Of a stretch of 64,000 nucleotides of DNA, positions 35,539-45,964 are shown in pieces. A model generated the notes under the pieces. That model was not told the origin of the DNA, did not search any database, and worked only from the letters and a program-made list of their open reading frames with translations. The stretch is from positions 64,001 to 128,000 of the forward strand of contig JBKAGE010000082.1 in the NCBI GenBank assembly GCA_046290225.1, written 5' to 3'. Both the position numbers and the translations under genes were made by a program. The stretch's first letter is position 1; each line of letters opens with the position of its first letter. The DNA comes from Bradymonadia bacterium (GTDB taxonomy: Bacteria > Myxococcota_A > Bradymonadia > UBA7976 > UBA1532).

Positions 35539-37761
35539 ATGACCAAGGCTTCTTCTCGCTCTGGCGCCTTACGATTCGCGATGGCGCTGGGCCTCGCCGG
35601 AGGGCTGCTCACTCAGAGCGCGTGCAAGAACATCACTGAGGGTCAGGCAGCGCCAGGCGCTGTCGGTGCCGCCTGCGCCGAAGCCGGCGACTGCGATCAG
35701 GTCGACGGCACGCCCACCTGTCTCAAGATGCCCGACGGGTACTGCTCCACCGACTGCTCCGGGGGTGGCCTCTTCGACTGCGACACCGAGTCGATCTGTG
35801 ATCAGCTCGGCGATCAGGCGTTCTTCTGCCTCGACGGCTGCCTCACCGACAACGGCAGCGGCGACTGCCGCGACGACTACCGCTGCAGCGCGCGCCCTGA
35901 GGTGAGCAACTTCGACGGCCGCGAGGTGGGCGTGTGCGTGCCTACGTGTCAGAGCAACGGCGACTGCGAGGCCGGCCGCCGATGTGACACCAACACCGGC
36001 AACTGTGTGCAGCGCGGCCAGGTGGCCACCGGCGGAGCTTGCAGCAACAACAACAGCTGCAACGGCGGCCTGTGCATCACCGCCGACACCTTCCGCGACG
36101 GCTACTGCTCTGCCCGTTGTGGCAGCCAGTTCGAGGGCTGCGAGCCCGGCAGCCAGTGCGCCGAGCTCTTCGGTGAGTCGGTCTGCCTCAACAGCTGCGG
36201 CAACGACAGTGACTGCCGACAGGGCGAAGGCTACAAGTGCCGCCAGATCGGCACCCGCAAGAACCAGGATGGCGATGACGTCGCCGTGCGGGTCTGCGTG
36301 CCCCGCTGCCAGAGCAACGACGAGTGTGAAGATGGCAGCCACTGCGACATCGACTCGGGTGACTGCCTCGAAGGCGTCGCTGATCCGAACCCCCTCGGGG
36401 CCTTCTGCGACGGCGACGGCGACTGCGAGAGCGGTGCGTGCATCACCGACGCCGCCTGGCCTCGGGGCTACTGCACCTCTGACTGTGGCGACTGCGACGG
36501 CGTCTGTGGCAGCGCCCCTGGTGGCGACGCCTGCCTCGTGGCCTGTGACGGCGATCTCGACTGTCGCCCGGGCTACGTCTGCTCAGGTGGTGGCTGCACC
36601 GCCCCCTGCGCCGGCGACGCAGACTGCGGCGACGGCCTGCGGTGCAACCGGTCTTCCGGCCAGTGCGTGGTGCCCTCCGAGGCAGGCTCGGAGCAGCAGA
36701 TCGTAGACATCGCCTCGGGCGTATCGGTGAGCGGCCAGCTGAGCAACACCCTCACCGTCTCGGTGCCCGAAGGCACCCAGGGCTTCTCCATCCTCGCCGA
36801 CGGCCACGGCAGCGATCTGATGATCATCGGCGAGATGAAGGACCCGAGCGGGCGCACCATTTACGACTTCCAAGACCCCTTCAACAGCGAGGTCCGCTTC
36901 TTCCCCAGCGACGACATCATCACCCAGACCGTGCCCACGAGCCCCCGCTCGGCGCCGGTGGCCGGTGACTACACCTTCCGCCTGATCAAGGACGGCGGCA
37001 GCGCCAACATCGACGTGCGGGCCCTCATCAAGACCGCCGACGGCGATCTCGACGCCGCCACCGTAGATGTGAACTTCGTCTTCGCCCGCCTCAGCGGCGG
37101 CCTGAACGCCGACACCGCCGAGTCCGATACCGCCTTCCAGTCGGCGGTGACCGACATGAAGTCCCTGCTCGGTGCCCGGGGCATCACCGTGGGCGACGTG
37201 TCGTACTGCAACCTGAGCGGCAGCGATCTCGACACCTTCTCTGTTGTGGACTCGGTGGACGGCCCGAGCTCGGAGCTGGGGCGCATGTTCGCCAAGTCCG
37301 GCGACGTCGACGCCCTGGGCTGCAAGGCCGGCGGCCTGAACTTCTTCCTCGTGCAGGAGATCGTCGGCGGCCGCGCGGGCTACATCATCCTCGGCATCGC
37401 CGGGGGCATCCCCGGGCCGCCCCCGGGGATCGACGGCACCAGCCACAGCGGCGTGGCGGTCACCATGGCGGGCTACAGCCGGAACACCCGGCAGATCGCT
37501 CAGACCATGGCCCACGAGGGGGGCCACTTCCTCGGCTTGTTCCACACCACCGAGGCCGAGGGCACCGCCTTCGACCCCCTCAACGACACCCCAGAGTGTC
37601 CCAACAACAACGATCGCAACGGCGACGGCATCGTGGGCTACGACGAGTGCCTCGACGGTGGCGGCGCCCGGAACCTGATGTTCTGGGCCGCCGGCGCCGA
37701 GGCGGAAGACGTGAGCAACGATCAGGGCTTTGTGCTGATCCGCAACCCGGGCCTGAAGTGA
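35539..37761 (+). CDS. Cys-rich lipoprotein with C-terminal M43/pappalysin-like Zn metalloprotease
   Basis: GGAGG RBS, lipobox QSAC, Cys-rich repeats (GYCS/GYCT), AHEGGHFLGLFHT, DTPEC, NLM Met-turn. Confidence 0.85.
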   Translation: MTKASSRSGALRFAMALGLAGGLLTQSACKNITEGQAAPGAVGAACAEAGDCDQVDGTPTCLKMPDGYCSTDCSGGGLFDCDTESICDQLGDQAFFCLDGCLTDNGSGDCRDDYRCSARPEVSNFDGREVGVCVPTCQSNGDCEAGRRCDTNTGNCVQRGQVATGGACSNNNSCNGGLCITADTFRDGYCSARCGSQFEGCEPGSQCAELFGESVCLNSCGNDSDCRQGEGYKCRQIGTRKNQDGDDVAVRVCVPRCQSNDECEDGSHCDIDSGDCLEGVADPNPLGAFCDGDGDCESGACITDAAWPRGYCTSDCGDCDGVCGSAPGGDACLVACDGDLDCRPGYVCSGGGCTAPCAGDADCGDGLRCNRSSGQCVVPSEAGSEQQIVDIASGVSVSGQLSNTLTVSVPEGTQGFSILADGHGSDLMIIGEMKDPSGRTIYDFQDPFNSEVRFFPSDDIITQTVPTSPRSAPVAGDYTFRLIKDGGSANIDVRALIKTADGDLDAATVDVNFVFARLSGGLNADTAESDTAFQSAVTDMKSLLGARGITVGDVSYCNLSGSDLDTFSVVDSVDGPSSELGRMFAKSGDVDALGCKAGGLNFFLVQEIVGGRAGYIILGIAGGIPGPPPGIDGTSHSGVAVTMAGYSRNTRQIAQTMAHEGGHFLGLFHTTEAEGTAFDPLNDTPECPNNNDRNGDGIVGYDECLDGGGARNLMFWAAGAEAEDVSNDQGFVLIRNPGLK

Positions 37762-37772
37762 GGAGGCTGGTG

Positions 37773-38420
37773 ATGAAGAACTTCCTGTCGATGACTGTGT
37801 GCGCTGGCGCGCTGCTGTTCGCTGGCCAGGCCTTCGCTCAAGGTGTCAGCGGCACCCCCGCTGTGGGTGAGCCCGTGAGCACGGGCCCCGTGAGCGGTAT
37901 GCCTCACGCCCACGCCCCCCGTGGCGCGCTGCCCGCTGCGACCCCCCGTGGCCCTGAGGTCGCCCAGAAGGCCCTCGAGAGCTGGTTCAGGGGCTTCGAG
38001 TTCGTGCCCACCGCCGCCCACTTTGCCCAGTTGGGGCCCGATCTCGAGCCCGCGCTGCTCACCATCGCCCGGAACCACGACGACATGCGGGTCCGGGCCC
38101 GGGCCATCTCCTCGATGGTCTACGCCCCCACCCCGACGGTGAAGCGGTTCCTCGTCGAGTTGTCCACCGACGCCAGCGCAGTGTCGCTCGAGCGCCGTAA
38201 GGCGGTGCTCGTGCTCGCCGATCTGTATGGCGCCGAGGTCCTCGACACGATGGTGAAGGTGTACGATTCGGCTCCCACCGACGCCCCGCTCCGGGAGGCC
38301 TGCGCCCGAGGATTCCGCGCCGCTGGTGAGGCGGGCATGCCCATCCGCCAGCAGATGCTGGGCCGCGAGACCGTGGCCTCGGTGAAGGCCCTGCTCAACG
38401 TCGACAAGCAGCTCCAGTAA
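37773..38420 (+). CDS. secreted HEAT-repeat-like protein
   Basis: Signal peptide ending AFA; VRARAISSM, ERRKAVLVL, LREACARG helical repeats. Confidence 0.7.
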   Translation: MKNFLSMTVCAGALLFAGQAFAQGVSGTPAVGEPVSTGPVSGMPHAHAPRGALPAATPRGPEVAQKALESWFRGFEFVPTAAHFAQLGPDLEPALLTIARNHDDMRVRARAISSMVYAPTPTVKRFLVELSTDASAVSLERRKAVLVLADLYGAEVLDTMVKVYDSAPTDAPLREACARGFRAAGEAGMPIRQQMLGRETVASVKALLNVDKQLQ

Positions 38421-38456
38421 GGCCGGAACAGTAAAGCCAGAACAGTGAGACAAGGC

Positions 38457-38954
38457 ATGATGCGCACATTCGGGTATGCAGTGGTGGCGGTGTTGATCAC
38501 CGCTGGCGTCAGTCAAGCGGTGCCCACGACCCCCAAGATCCCCGAGGCCAGTCCGAAGATCACCAAAGCCACCCATGGCTGGCGCATCGTCGAGCTGCAC
38601 CAGTCGGCCTGCATGATCAAAGAGGCTGAGCACGAGCCATTGACCTACAACACACAGTCACCTGCCGACTGCACGCGCATCAACCGCGCCTCTGCGGAGC
38701 TGCGGGCCGAGAGCATGCGCCTGCTGCGACTACCAGCGGGTAACTATGTGTTCCGGGTGTTCAACGATGCAGTGCCCTACCCTGTGGGCTTCCAGCTCAA
38801 GGGGGCACAGGATCAAGGCTTGCCCACGGTGAAGGGCGGCGACATCAAGCGAGGCATGTCTCGCGATTTTCGGGTCAAGCTCGAGCCCGGTCGCTATGTA
38901 TATGGGTGTCCGCTCAACCCGACGCCAGACTACCAGCTGATCGTCGAAGAATAG
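38457..38954 (+). CDS. secreted cupredoxin-fold protein
   Basis: Signal peptide; GNYVFRVFN..VKLEPGRYVYGCPLNPTP. Confidence 0.65.
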   Translation: MMRTFGYAVVAVLITAGVSQAVPTTPKIPEASPKITKATHGWRIVELHQSACMIKEAEHEPLTYNTQSPADCTRINRASAELRAESMRLLRLPAGNYVFRVFNDAVPYPVGFQLKGAQDQGLPTVKGGDIKRGMSRDFRVKLEPGRYVYGCPLNPTPDYQLIVEE

Positions 38955-38965
38955 AGGTGAGCACC

Positions 38966-40273
38966 ATGCCGAAGCCCCACGTCGTCATCATCGGAGGGGG
39001 CTTCGCAGGCCTCGAAGCAGCCAAAACCCTCAAGAAGGCGCCGGTGAAGGTCACTCTCATCGATCGCCGCAACCACCACCTCTTCCAGCCTCTGCTCTAT
39101 CAGGTGGCCACCGCGGGCCTCAGCGCCCCGGACATCGCCGCCCCCATCCGCCAGATTCTGCGCAAGCAGAAGAACACCACGGTGCTCCTCGGCGACGTCG
39201 ATCACATCGACGTAGAGGGCAAACGCGTGTGCATGGGCGACGAGGCCCTCAGCTATGACCACTTGATCCTCGCCGCCGGCGCGGGGAACAACTACTTCGG
39301 CAACGACGACTGGGCTCGACACGCACCGGGGCTCAAATCCGTCGAGGAGGCCCTCTACATTCGCCACAAGGTGCTGCAGGCCTACGAGGCCGCGGAGCGC
39401 ATCGGCGAGCTGAACAGCGCCGCCATCGAGCCCTATCTGACCTTCGTGGTGGTGGGCGGCGGCCCCACGGGCGTCGAGCTCGCCGGTGCCCTCTCGGAGA
39501 TCGCCCACCACACCCTCGCCCGCGACTTTCGCAACTTCGATCCCAAGGCCGCTCGCATCGTGCTCATCGACGGCGGCGCCCGGGTGCTCTCGGGCATGGA
39601 TCCCGAGTCGAGCCAGTGGGCCCTCGAGGCCCTCGCCGACAAGGGGGTGGAGGTGGTGCTCCAAAGCCGGGTGACGGCCATCGACGGCGATGGCGTAACC
39701 TATGGCGACGGGGTGCGGGTGCCGGCGAAGACCATCATCTGGGCTGCAGGGGTGAAGCCCTCGAGCCTCACTGACTGCATTCCCGGGGAGAAGGTGCGTG
39801 GGCATGTGGTGGTGCAACCCGACCTCACGGTGCCCGATCACCCCGAGATCTCGGTGGTGGGCGACGTCATGGCCTTCAAAGAGGGCGACAGCTGGCTGCC
39901 GGGGGTGGCTCAGGTGGCACTGCAGAGCGGTCGACAGGCGGCGAAGAACATCGTGCGCCGTATCCAGGGCGAGACCCCGGAGACGTTCAGCTACTTCGAC
40001 AAGGGCATGATGGCCACCATCGGCCGATCCGCAGCGGTGGTGGAGACCGGTGGCCGCAAGGTCCAGGGGTTCTTCGCCTGGGTCTTGTGGTGGATGGTCC
40101 ACATCATGTTCCTGGTGGGCTTCAGGAACCGCCTCGCGGTGATGTTCGAATGGGTCTACGCGTATTTTACGTGGAGCCGAGGGGCCCGCGTGATCGTGCG
40201 GCCACCTCCGAAAGAGATCTGGCAGGGCGCCGAGACTTCGGAAGAGCCTTCGGCGAGGGAGCAGGCTGGCTGA
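38966..40273 (+). CDS. ndh: type II NADH dehydrogenase
   Basis: VIIGGGFAGL, NHHLFQPLLYQVAT, VVGGGPTGVELAG, WAAGV, DKGMMATIGR. Confidence 0.92.
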   Translation: MPKPHVVIIGGGFAGLEAAKTLKKAPVKVTLIDRRNHHLFQPLLYQVATAGLSAPDIAAPIRQILRKQKNTTVLLGDVDHIDVEGKRVCMGDEALSYDHLILAAGAGNNYFGNDDWARHAPGLKSVEEALYIRHKVLQAYEAAERIGELNSAAIEPYLTFVVVGGGPTGVELAGALSEIAHHTLARDFRNFDPKAARIVLIDGGARVLSGMDPESSQWALEALADKGVEVVLQSRVTAIDGDGVTYGDGVRVPAKTIIWAAGVKPSSLTDCIPGEKVRGHVVVQPDLTVPDHPEISVVGDVMAFKEGDSWLPGVAQVALQSGRQAAKNIVRRIQGETPETFSYFDKGMMATIGRSAAVVETGGRKVQGFFAWVLWWMVHIMFLVGFRNRLAVMFEWVYAYFTWSRGARVIVRPPPKEIWQGAETSEEPSAREQAG

Positions 40274-40891
40274 TCACCAGGGGCGCTTCTGCTCGAACTT
40301 GATCTGCTTGCACTTGGCGCCGCCCCACTTGGTGCCCTCGCTCTTCACCATGTAGACCACGTTCTTGTTGGGGTTGAAGGTGAAGCTCTGCTTGCACTTC
40401 TTCGAGCTGTTGCCGGTGCCTATCTTCTTCGCCGCGCCCTTCCCCTTCTTGATGATGTTCTTGCCGCGCTTCTTACCCGTCTTGCCCGTGGCGATGGTGT
40501 ACTCGACCTCCATCTTGTAGGTCTCGCCGTTGTCGCCGAAGCCTGGGGCGTTGACCATGAAGACGTGGCCCCACTCCCGGGTGAGGTTCTGCTGGCGGGT
40601 CTTTTCGAAGATGGCGTGGCCGTCGCTGCCTCGGGTGATCTTGAGCTTCACCTTGTTCACCACGTAGCCGCCCATGTTGCAGTACGACACCACGATGTCG
40701 TCGCCGCTGATGAACCCGTTCTTGAAGTAGCCGCGCACAGCCGAGTGCATGTCCGTGCACTCCCGCTTCTGGTCCTGTTTGAGCCACGACCGCTTCTTGC
40801 TCCAGTCTTTGGCGCTGGCGCTGCTGATGCTGACGAGGCTGCCGGCGGTGAAGAGGCACAGGAACAAGGCGAGCTTATGGGTGAGGCGCAT
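40274..40891 (-). CDS. secreted Lys-rich hypothetical protein
   Basis: GGAG RBS, signal peptide ending ASA, very strong GC3 bias. Confidence 0.75.
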   Translation of the reverse strand: MRLTHKLALFLCLFTAGSLVSISSASAKDWSKKRSWLKQDQKRECTDMHSAVRGYFKNGFISGDDIVVSYCNMGGYVVNKVKLKITRGSDGHAIFEKTRQQNLTREWGHVFMVNAPGFGDNGETYKMEVEYTIATGKTGKKRGKNIIKKGKGAAKKIGTGNSSKKCKQSFTFNPNKNVVYMVKSEGTKWGGAKCKQIKFEQKRPW

Positions 40892-41016
40892 GAAAACTCC
40901 AACATGGTGTGGTGTGCGGCGGCGGTCGACGATTCAGACCGCCAGCGCATTCATCCAAACGATCGAGATTTTTCGGTGAGGCAAGTTAGAGCATCGGTTT
41001 CTTCCGCAACAATGCT

Positions 41017-42216
41017 CTACGGCCGAAAAACACCGTGAAAGACACTGCCAGGGTTGGCCCCTGCAGGGAGCGGGGTGTACCCCTCTGGCTGATCGATCAC
41101 GAGGTTGTCCTGGAACGCCTCAGCGCCGCCACGGATGATCAAGAACGCCCCGCTGAGGTTGGTCTCTCGCGTGCCCACCTCGAGAAATCCGTCGAGCACG
41201 GTGCTGTCGAAGAAGCGCAGGCAGTGATCGTTCTCCGGGCAGGTGGCGTAGTCACCACCGAGGGCCCTCACTCGGGCGCCGATGACCGGCGCGCCCTGGG
41301 CATCGACCACGCGACCCACAAAGGCGCCGCTGGCTTCGAGGGTGCCCCCAGGCAGACCCAGTGCCGTATCCCACTGTGCCTGGAGCGTCTGGGTGTGGGC
41401 ATAAGCGATGGCAGGCAGCGTCTGACCCGCCACTGGCGCCGCGGGGGCCACCCCGGTCACCGAGCGGGTCCAGTCGTCAGCTCCGCCTTCGGGGTTGTCG
41501 TCGGCCACCACCACCAGCTGCTGAGCCGGCCGGGCGGTGATGATCTCGAAGACGCCGCCAGGGCCGATGCCGGTGACGCCCAGGGTGGCATCTTCTGTGG
41601 TGCCTCCGGCGACGATCACCAGCGGATCAATGAGGCTCAGCCCCACCGTGACCCCTGCAGGGAGCGCGCAGCCGGTCTCGAAGTCGAGGGCCAGGCCCGC
41701 CACACAATACTCGTTGCCCACGAGCGCGCGACTGCAGCCCTGGGGGAACGCCCCTGGATCCTGCAGCGGGGGCGGGCACGCCGGCACCTCGGCGTCGGGC
41801 AGGGCCATGTCGGGCTCGGCGTCGGGCATCTCCATGTCGGGCATGGCATCGGCGTTGGGATCAGCATCGGTGAGATCGAGATCGGGCAGATCGAGGTCAG
41901 GCACTGGGGGGCCCATATCCATGGCTGAGGGCAGGCACACCCCATCGACCTCTTCGGTGCCCGGCCCGCAGGCCAGGCCACCGAGGGCCGCGTCGGGCAC
42001 CACGCCGGCGTCGATCTCTTCGGCGACACAGCGGCCCAGCTCATAGCGGGTGCCGGGGCCACAGGCGATGGGGGTGCTGGTGAGGCACTCGTTGCCCTGA
42101 CGGAACGTACCCGGACCACACTCCACCGACTCACAGCCGGAGCCCGCCATCAACAGGGCCACGGGGATCATCAGCGTCGAGAGGCTCACAAGACCCTCGC
42201 GGCTCATTCTGCGCAT
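41017..42216 (-). CDS. lipoprotein with CGPGT Cys repeats and beta-sandwich domains
   Basis: Lipobox GSGC, three CGPGT repeats, PD-rich linker, GRVVDAQGAPVIGARV; TGATG coupling to upstream gene. Confidence 0.75.
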   Translation of the reverse strand: MRRMSREGLVSLSTLMIPVALLMAGSGCESVECGPGTFRQGNECLTSTPIACGPGTRYELGRCVAEEIDAGVVPDAALGGLACGPGTEEVDGVCLPSAMDMGPPVPDLDLPDLDLTDADPNADAMPDMEMPDAEPDMALPDAEVPACPPPLQDPGAFPQGCSRALVGNEYCVAGLALDFETGCALPAGVTVGLSLIDPLVIVAGGTTEDATLGVTGIGPGGVFEIITARPAQQLVVVADDNPEGGADDWTRSVTGVAPAAPVAGQTLPAIAYAHTQTLQAQWDTALGLPGGTLEASGAFVGRVVDAQGAPVIGARVRALGGDYATCPENDHCLRFFDSTVLDGFLEVGTRETNLSGAFLIIRGGAEAFQDNLVIDQPEGYTPLPAGANPGSVFHGVFRP

Positions 42217-42929
42217 CAAAACGTCGCTCCATCTTTCGCTGGCACCACGGCGATCTCTCCCCAGATGGGGCCACCCCCGAGGGGGACGAAGGATCCCAGG
42301 CGCACGCCTCGGCGAGTGCGCAGCGGGGTCAACGCCTCTTCGCTGCAGCCATCAGGTCCCAGGGCTTCGGGGTTCTCTTCACACAGGGCAGCAGTGGCTT
42401 CGAGCCGGCGGTCCTTTTCGGGATCTCGCCCGTCACCGAGCTCGGCGGCGACAGCATACCGGTCTGAGGGGCGATCATCAGAGTCGTCGTCTACTTCGAC
42501 GCTGATGAAGACCGCCGTGGCGTGGGACACATCGGCGGCCGTGTCGACGCGTACCCCACCCACCAGCGATGCAGAGGCGAGATCGATCAAGTCGAGCTGC
42601 CCCACCCGCTGGCCCTCACTGCAGATCGTCTCCTGGTCGAAACCCAGCCGATAGTTCTGCACCACCCTCAGCCCCACAGGCACCAGCGCCTGGGGGGTGT
42701 CGCACTCACTCACCGGGTCGAGCACCTTGAAACGTGGCCCGGGCACCACGGCGCCGTTGACCTCGAAGAACAGCTGATAGTGCTCTCCTGGAGCGTTGTC
42801 AGGGATCAAGGTGCCGAAGTTCATCTGGATCACCGCCCCGTGAAAGGGTTCGACGCACCCTCCGAGCAGCGCAGTAGATGCGATCAACGCGGCGGGCAGC
42901 AATGCTCTGGTCAGACTCGACATGTGCAT
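42216..42929 (-). CDS. hypothetical lipoprotein
   Basis: Lipobox LGGC; TGATG overlap with TonB receptor stop. Confidence 0.7.
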   Translation of the reverse strand: MHMSSLTRALLPAALIASTALLGGCVEPFHGAVIQMNFGTLIPDNAPGEHYQLFFEVNGAVVPGPRFKVLDPVSECDTPQALVPVGLRVVQNYRLGFDQETICSEGQRVGQLDLIDLASASLVGGVRVDTAADVSHATAVFISVEVDDDSDDRPSDRYAVAAELGDGRDPEKDRRLEATAALCEENPEALGPDGCSEEALTPLRTRRGVRLGSFVPLGGGPIWGEIAVVPAKDGATF

Positions 42930-45376
42930 CAGAACCTCACCACCGCCTGGCCAAAGCCGCTCCACCGAGGCCGCGGCTGTGGGCGCGACTGCACGCGATC
43001 GTCGAAGAAGAAGTCGGGATCTTGCACTGTGGCGTTCAGGGCGTTGTAGACGAAGGCCGACAGCTCGAGGCGATCGCCCCACAACCCTGTGGAGCGCAAC
43101 CCGAGACGCAGCAGCAGATATGGATCGATGCGATCGACCTCGACGTCGACGGCGTCGCTCACCCGCAAGTCCGCGGCACCCACGATGCTCTCCTCGGTGT
43201 CGAAGGCCCGGTTGATGTCTTCTTGAGGGCCCACCCAGGTGGCCAGGGCGCTCAGCTGGAGCGCCTCACCGAGCAGATGGGCCTGAGCGCCCCCCATGAA
43301 GACCCAGTTGGCGTGGTTGCGCACCGGGCCGGTCTTCGAATCCATCGAGCGCAAGAAGTGGCCGCCGAGCCAGGCCCCGTGGCCGCCCTTCAGATCTGCC
43401 CGGGCGAGCCACTCCACCGAGTGGATGCCCCGCTGCCCCGAGTTCACGAAGCGCCCACCGTCATTGCGCACCAGATCGCTCATCACCGTGTAGGCATAGT
43501 CAGCCCGCAGATAGAGCCGCTGTATCCGGCCAGCCCCTTCGAAGAGGACCGCGTTGAGCTCGGCCTCGCCGGCCCGTGAGCGCTCCACCTTGAGATCGGG
43601 GTTTTCCTGAAAGGCGATGTTGCTCACCGAAGGGGCCACGTTGGTGGACTGAATCTCCGGCGGACGGAAGCCCTCGGCATAGTTCAGCTTCAAGAAGACC
43701 TGATCGACGAGGTTCCACACCACCGCCATGCTGCCCAGGGCCACAGTGTCGAAGGTGTCGGAGAACTGCACGCGAAGCCCTGGCTGGAGCGCCAGGCGGC
43801 GATCTGCCTTCCACTCGTTGCTCGCGTAAATCGCCCCCACGGTGCGGGTGGTGTCGTCGAGCAGAGCGCTGGTGAAGCGGCAGTCCTCACCGAAGGTCAC
43901 CGGTGAGACTTCGTTGCCAGCGAGGGCGAGGTAGCTGCCTGGATCGGGGCACCGGGTGGGGCCGAAGATGCCATCTCGGGCGAGTGGGTCTGCGCTGTTG
44001 GCGTCGGCGAGCTCAGGGATCACCGCGTTCTGCCGCAATGTGTCGCTGCGCGTCGTGTCCTGCACGCGATCTTGGAACAGCTCCACCCCGAAGATCAGAT
44101 GGTTGTCGGCGGGCAGGAGCAAATCGGCGTCGAGGTTGAGGCCCGTACGCAGCACGAGACCATCTTGCAGGTTCAGGAACACCCCGTCTTCCAGAGGGGG
44201 CAGCGCCGATGACGGCGGAAACGCCCAGAACGGATCTTCGTCGAGACGCCACCGCACCCCGTACACGCGGGCGCTCAGACCCAGATCGCCTTCGAGCAGC
44301 CGGTCTCGCCAGCCGAGGCCCACCATCTGCACCGCGTCGTGCCCGCGGGTCTCCACGCTCACGGGGCTCACCTCGCCCGCCTCGTTGGCTCGGGTGCCTT
44401 CGAGCAGCGCGCCGCCGGTGGCGAGCTGTCGGTAGTCGCGCTCCCACGTGATCAGGGCGTCGAGAGTGAACTGCTCGAAGAGCCTCAGGTTGAGGGTGCC
44501 GCTCACGAAGACGTCGCGGCTGTTGAAGTCGGTGACCCCGGGCTGGGGGTTGTAAAGCGTCGGTCCATCGGGGGCCGGCGCCGGCAACACCCCGAGCACC
44601 TTCTGGGCGTCGATCTCGAGCTCCGCCCCCTGGTCGCTGTACACGCTCAGAGAGCCAAAGACCTCGACATCGCCATCGGCGTGGCTGCCGCCGTATGCGG
44701 CGCCGATCTTCACCGCGCCCTGGGCACCGGGTCCATGGCCACCACCGACGATGACCTCCAGGCCGTTCAAGTCGGCGGCGTCTTTCAAGATGATGTTCAC
44801 CACCCCGAGCAGGGCGTTGCTGCCCCAAAGCACCCCACCGGGGCCCGACGTGATCTCGATGCGCTTGATGGCGTCGATGGGGATTTTGCGGTCGAGGGTG
44901 ACCCCGTTGCGGATCGGCTCGGTGATGTTCACCCCGTTCACCAGGACCAACAGGGTCCGTGGCTGGCCACGGGCGAAGCCTTCTTCGAACCACCCGTTGG
45001 AGTCGAGCCGGTTGCCCTCGAAGCCCGGGATGGTCCGGAGCACGTCACCGACGGTACGGTGACCCCACGCTCTGATCTCTTCAGCGGTGACGACGGTGAT
45101 GATGCCCGGCGCCTCCTGGATGGTGGTTCGGGCGCGGGCGGCTGAGAGCACCACATCGCGGGCGTCGATCTCGAACTCTTCGAGGATCACCCCGCCAGGC
45201 TCGCCCTCCCCCCCTTCACCTGATGGCCCCGCCCCGCCAGTGTCTTCCTCGACGAGGGGCTCCATCTCTTCCATCTGGGCCCAGGCATTGCCTGTGAACG
45301 CCAAGGAAGAACAGAAGCAAAACAAGCACCATAAGCGTGCACGAATGCTGAAGAAATGAGTGGGTGGATACGCCAT
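42929..45376 (-). CDS. TonB-dependent receptor
   Basis: Plug motifs VLSAAR..IQEAPGIITVVT, IKRIEITSGPGGVLWGSNALLGVVNII; AEGFRPP, NPDLKVE; terminal Phe. Confidence 0.92.
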   Translation of the reverse strand: MAYPPTHFFSIRARLWCLFCFCSSLAFTGNAWAQMEEMEPLVEEDTGGAGPSGEGGEGEPGGVILEEFEIDARDVVLSAARARTTIQEAPGIITVVTAEEIRAWGHRTVGDVLRTIPGFEGNRLDSNGWFEEGFARGQPRTLLVLVNGVNITEPIRNGVTLDRKIPIDAIKRIEITSGPGGVLWGSNALLGVVNIILKDAADLNGLEVIVGGGHGPGAQGAVKIGAAYGGSHADGDVEVFGSLSVYSDQGAELEIDAQKVLGVLPAPAPDGPTLYNPQPGVTDFNSRDVFVSGTLNLRLFEQFTLDALITWERDYRQLATGGALLEGTRANEAGEVSPVSVETRGHDAVQMVGLGWRDRLLEGDLGLSARVYGVRWRLDEDPFWAFPPSSALPPLEDGVFLNLQDGLVLRTGLNLDADLLLPADNHLIFGVELFQDRVQDTTRSDTLRQNAVIPELADANSADPLARDGIFGPTRCPDPGSYLALAGNEVSPVTFGEDCRFTSALLDDTTRTVGAIYASNEWKADRRLALQPGLRVQFSDTFDTVALGSMAVVWNLVDQVFLKLNYAEGFRPPEIQSTNVAPSVSNIAFQENPDLKVERSRAGEAELNAVLFEGAGRIQRLYLRADYAYTVMSDLVRNDGGRFVNSGQRGIHSVEWLARADLKGGHGAWLGGHFLRSMDSKTGPVRNHANWVFMGGAQAHLLGEALQLSALATWVGPQEDINRAFDTEESIVGAADLRVSDAVDVEVDRIDPYLLLRLGLRSTGLWGDRLELSAFVYNALNATVQDPDFFFDDRVQSRPQPRPRWSGFGQAVVRF

Positions 45377-45457
45377 CACGGGGACGCTAACGGATGGCGA
45401 TGTGGGGATACAAGAGCCCTATCTCTTCACCGCGCGGTCGCACGGCGAGGGGGCGCT

Positions 45458-45865
45458 TTACTTCTTGGCAGGGGCCTTGGCCTTGAGCTTCTCCAGCATG
45501 GCCTTTGCCTGCTCGACATGAGGCGCAAGAGTGGCCTGGGCGGCCTTGAGCGCCTTGGCGTATGCCTCTTTGGACTTCGCTGCCTTCAGGCTGGCGTGGG
45601 CCTTCTTCAGGGCCTCGACGCGGGCGTCGGTCTTACCGGCCCGCTCGCCCACCTTCTGCAGCTCGGCGATGGCCGCCTCGATGGCCGCAGGCGCCGTACC
45701 CTGATCAGGACCAACATTGGCGTAGATGTCCTTACGGATATCGACATCGCACTTCATGATCGAGTTGTAGGTGGCCTGATGAATGCCGTCCTGCTCCAGA
45801 GCGGAGGCGGTGCCGACGGACGTCAGGCAGGTGAGTGAGAACGCGAGGATGATGAGCTTCTTCAT
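45458..45865 (-). CDS. small secreted Ala/Lys-rich helical protein
   Basis: MKKLIILAF signal peptide; strong codon bias. Confidence 0.75.
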   Translation of the reverse strand: MKKLIILAFSLTCLTSVGTASALEQDGIHQATYNSIMKCDVDIRKDIYANVGPDQGTAPAAIEAAIAELQKVGERAGKTDARVEALKKAHASLKAAKSKEAYAKALKAAQATLAPHVEQAKAMLEKLKAKAPAKK

Positions 45866-45964
45866 ATGAGGTGGTCCCTCTCGTGATCAAATGACACTGC
45901 CGCCCGAAGACGACGCGCGGGGCTCATCATTCACGTTCGACTCAGGGGTTCAAGATGTTGAGGC

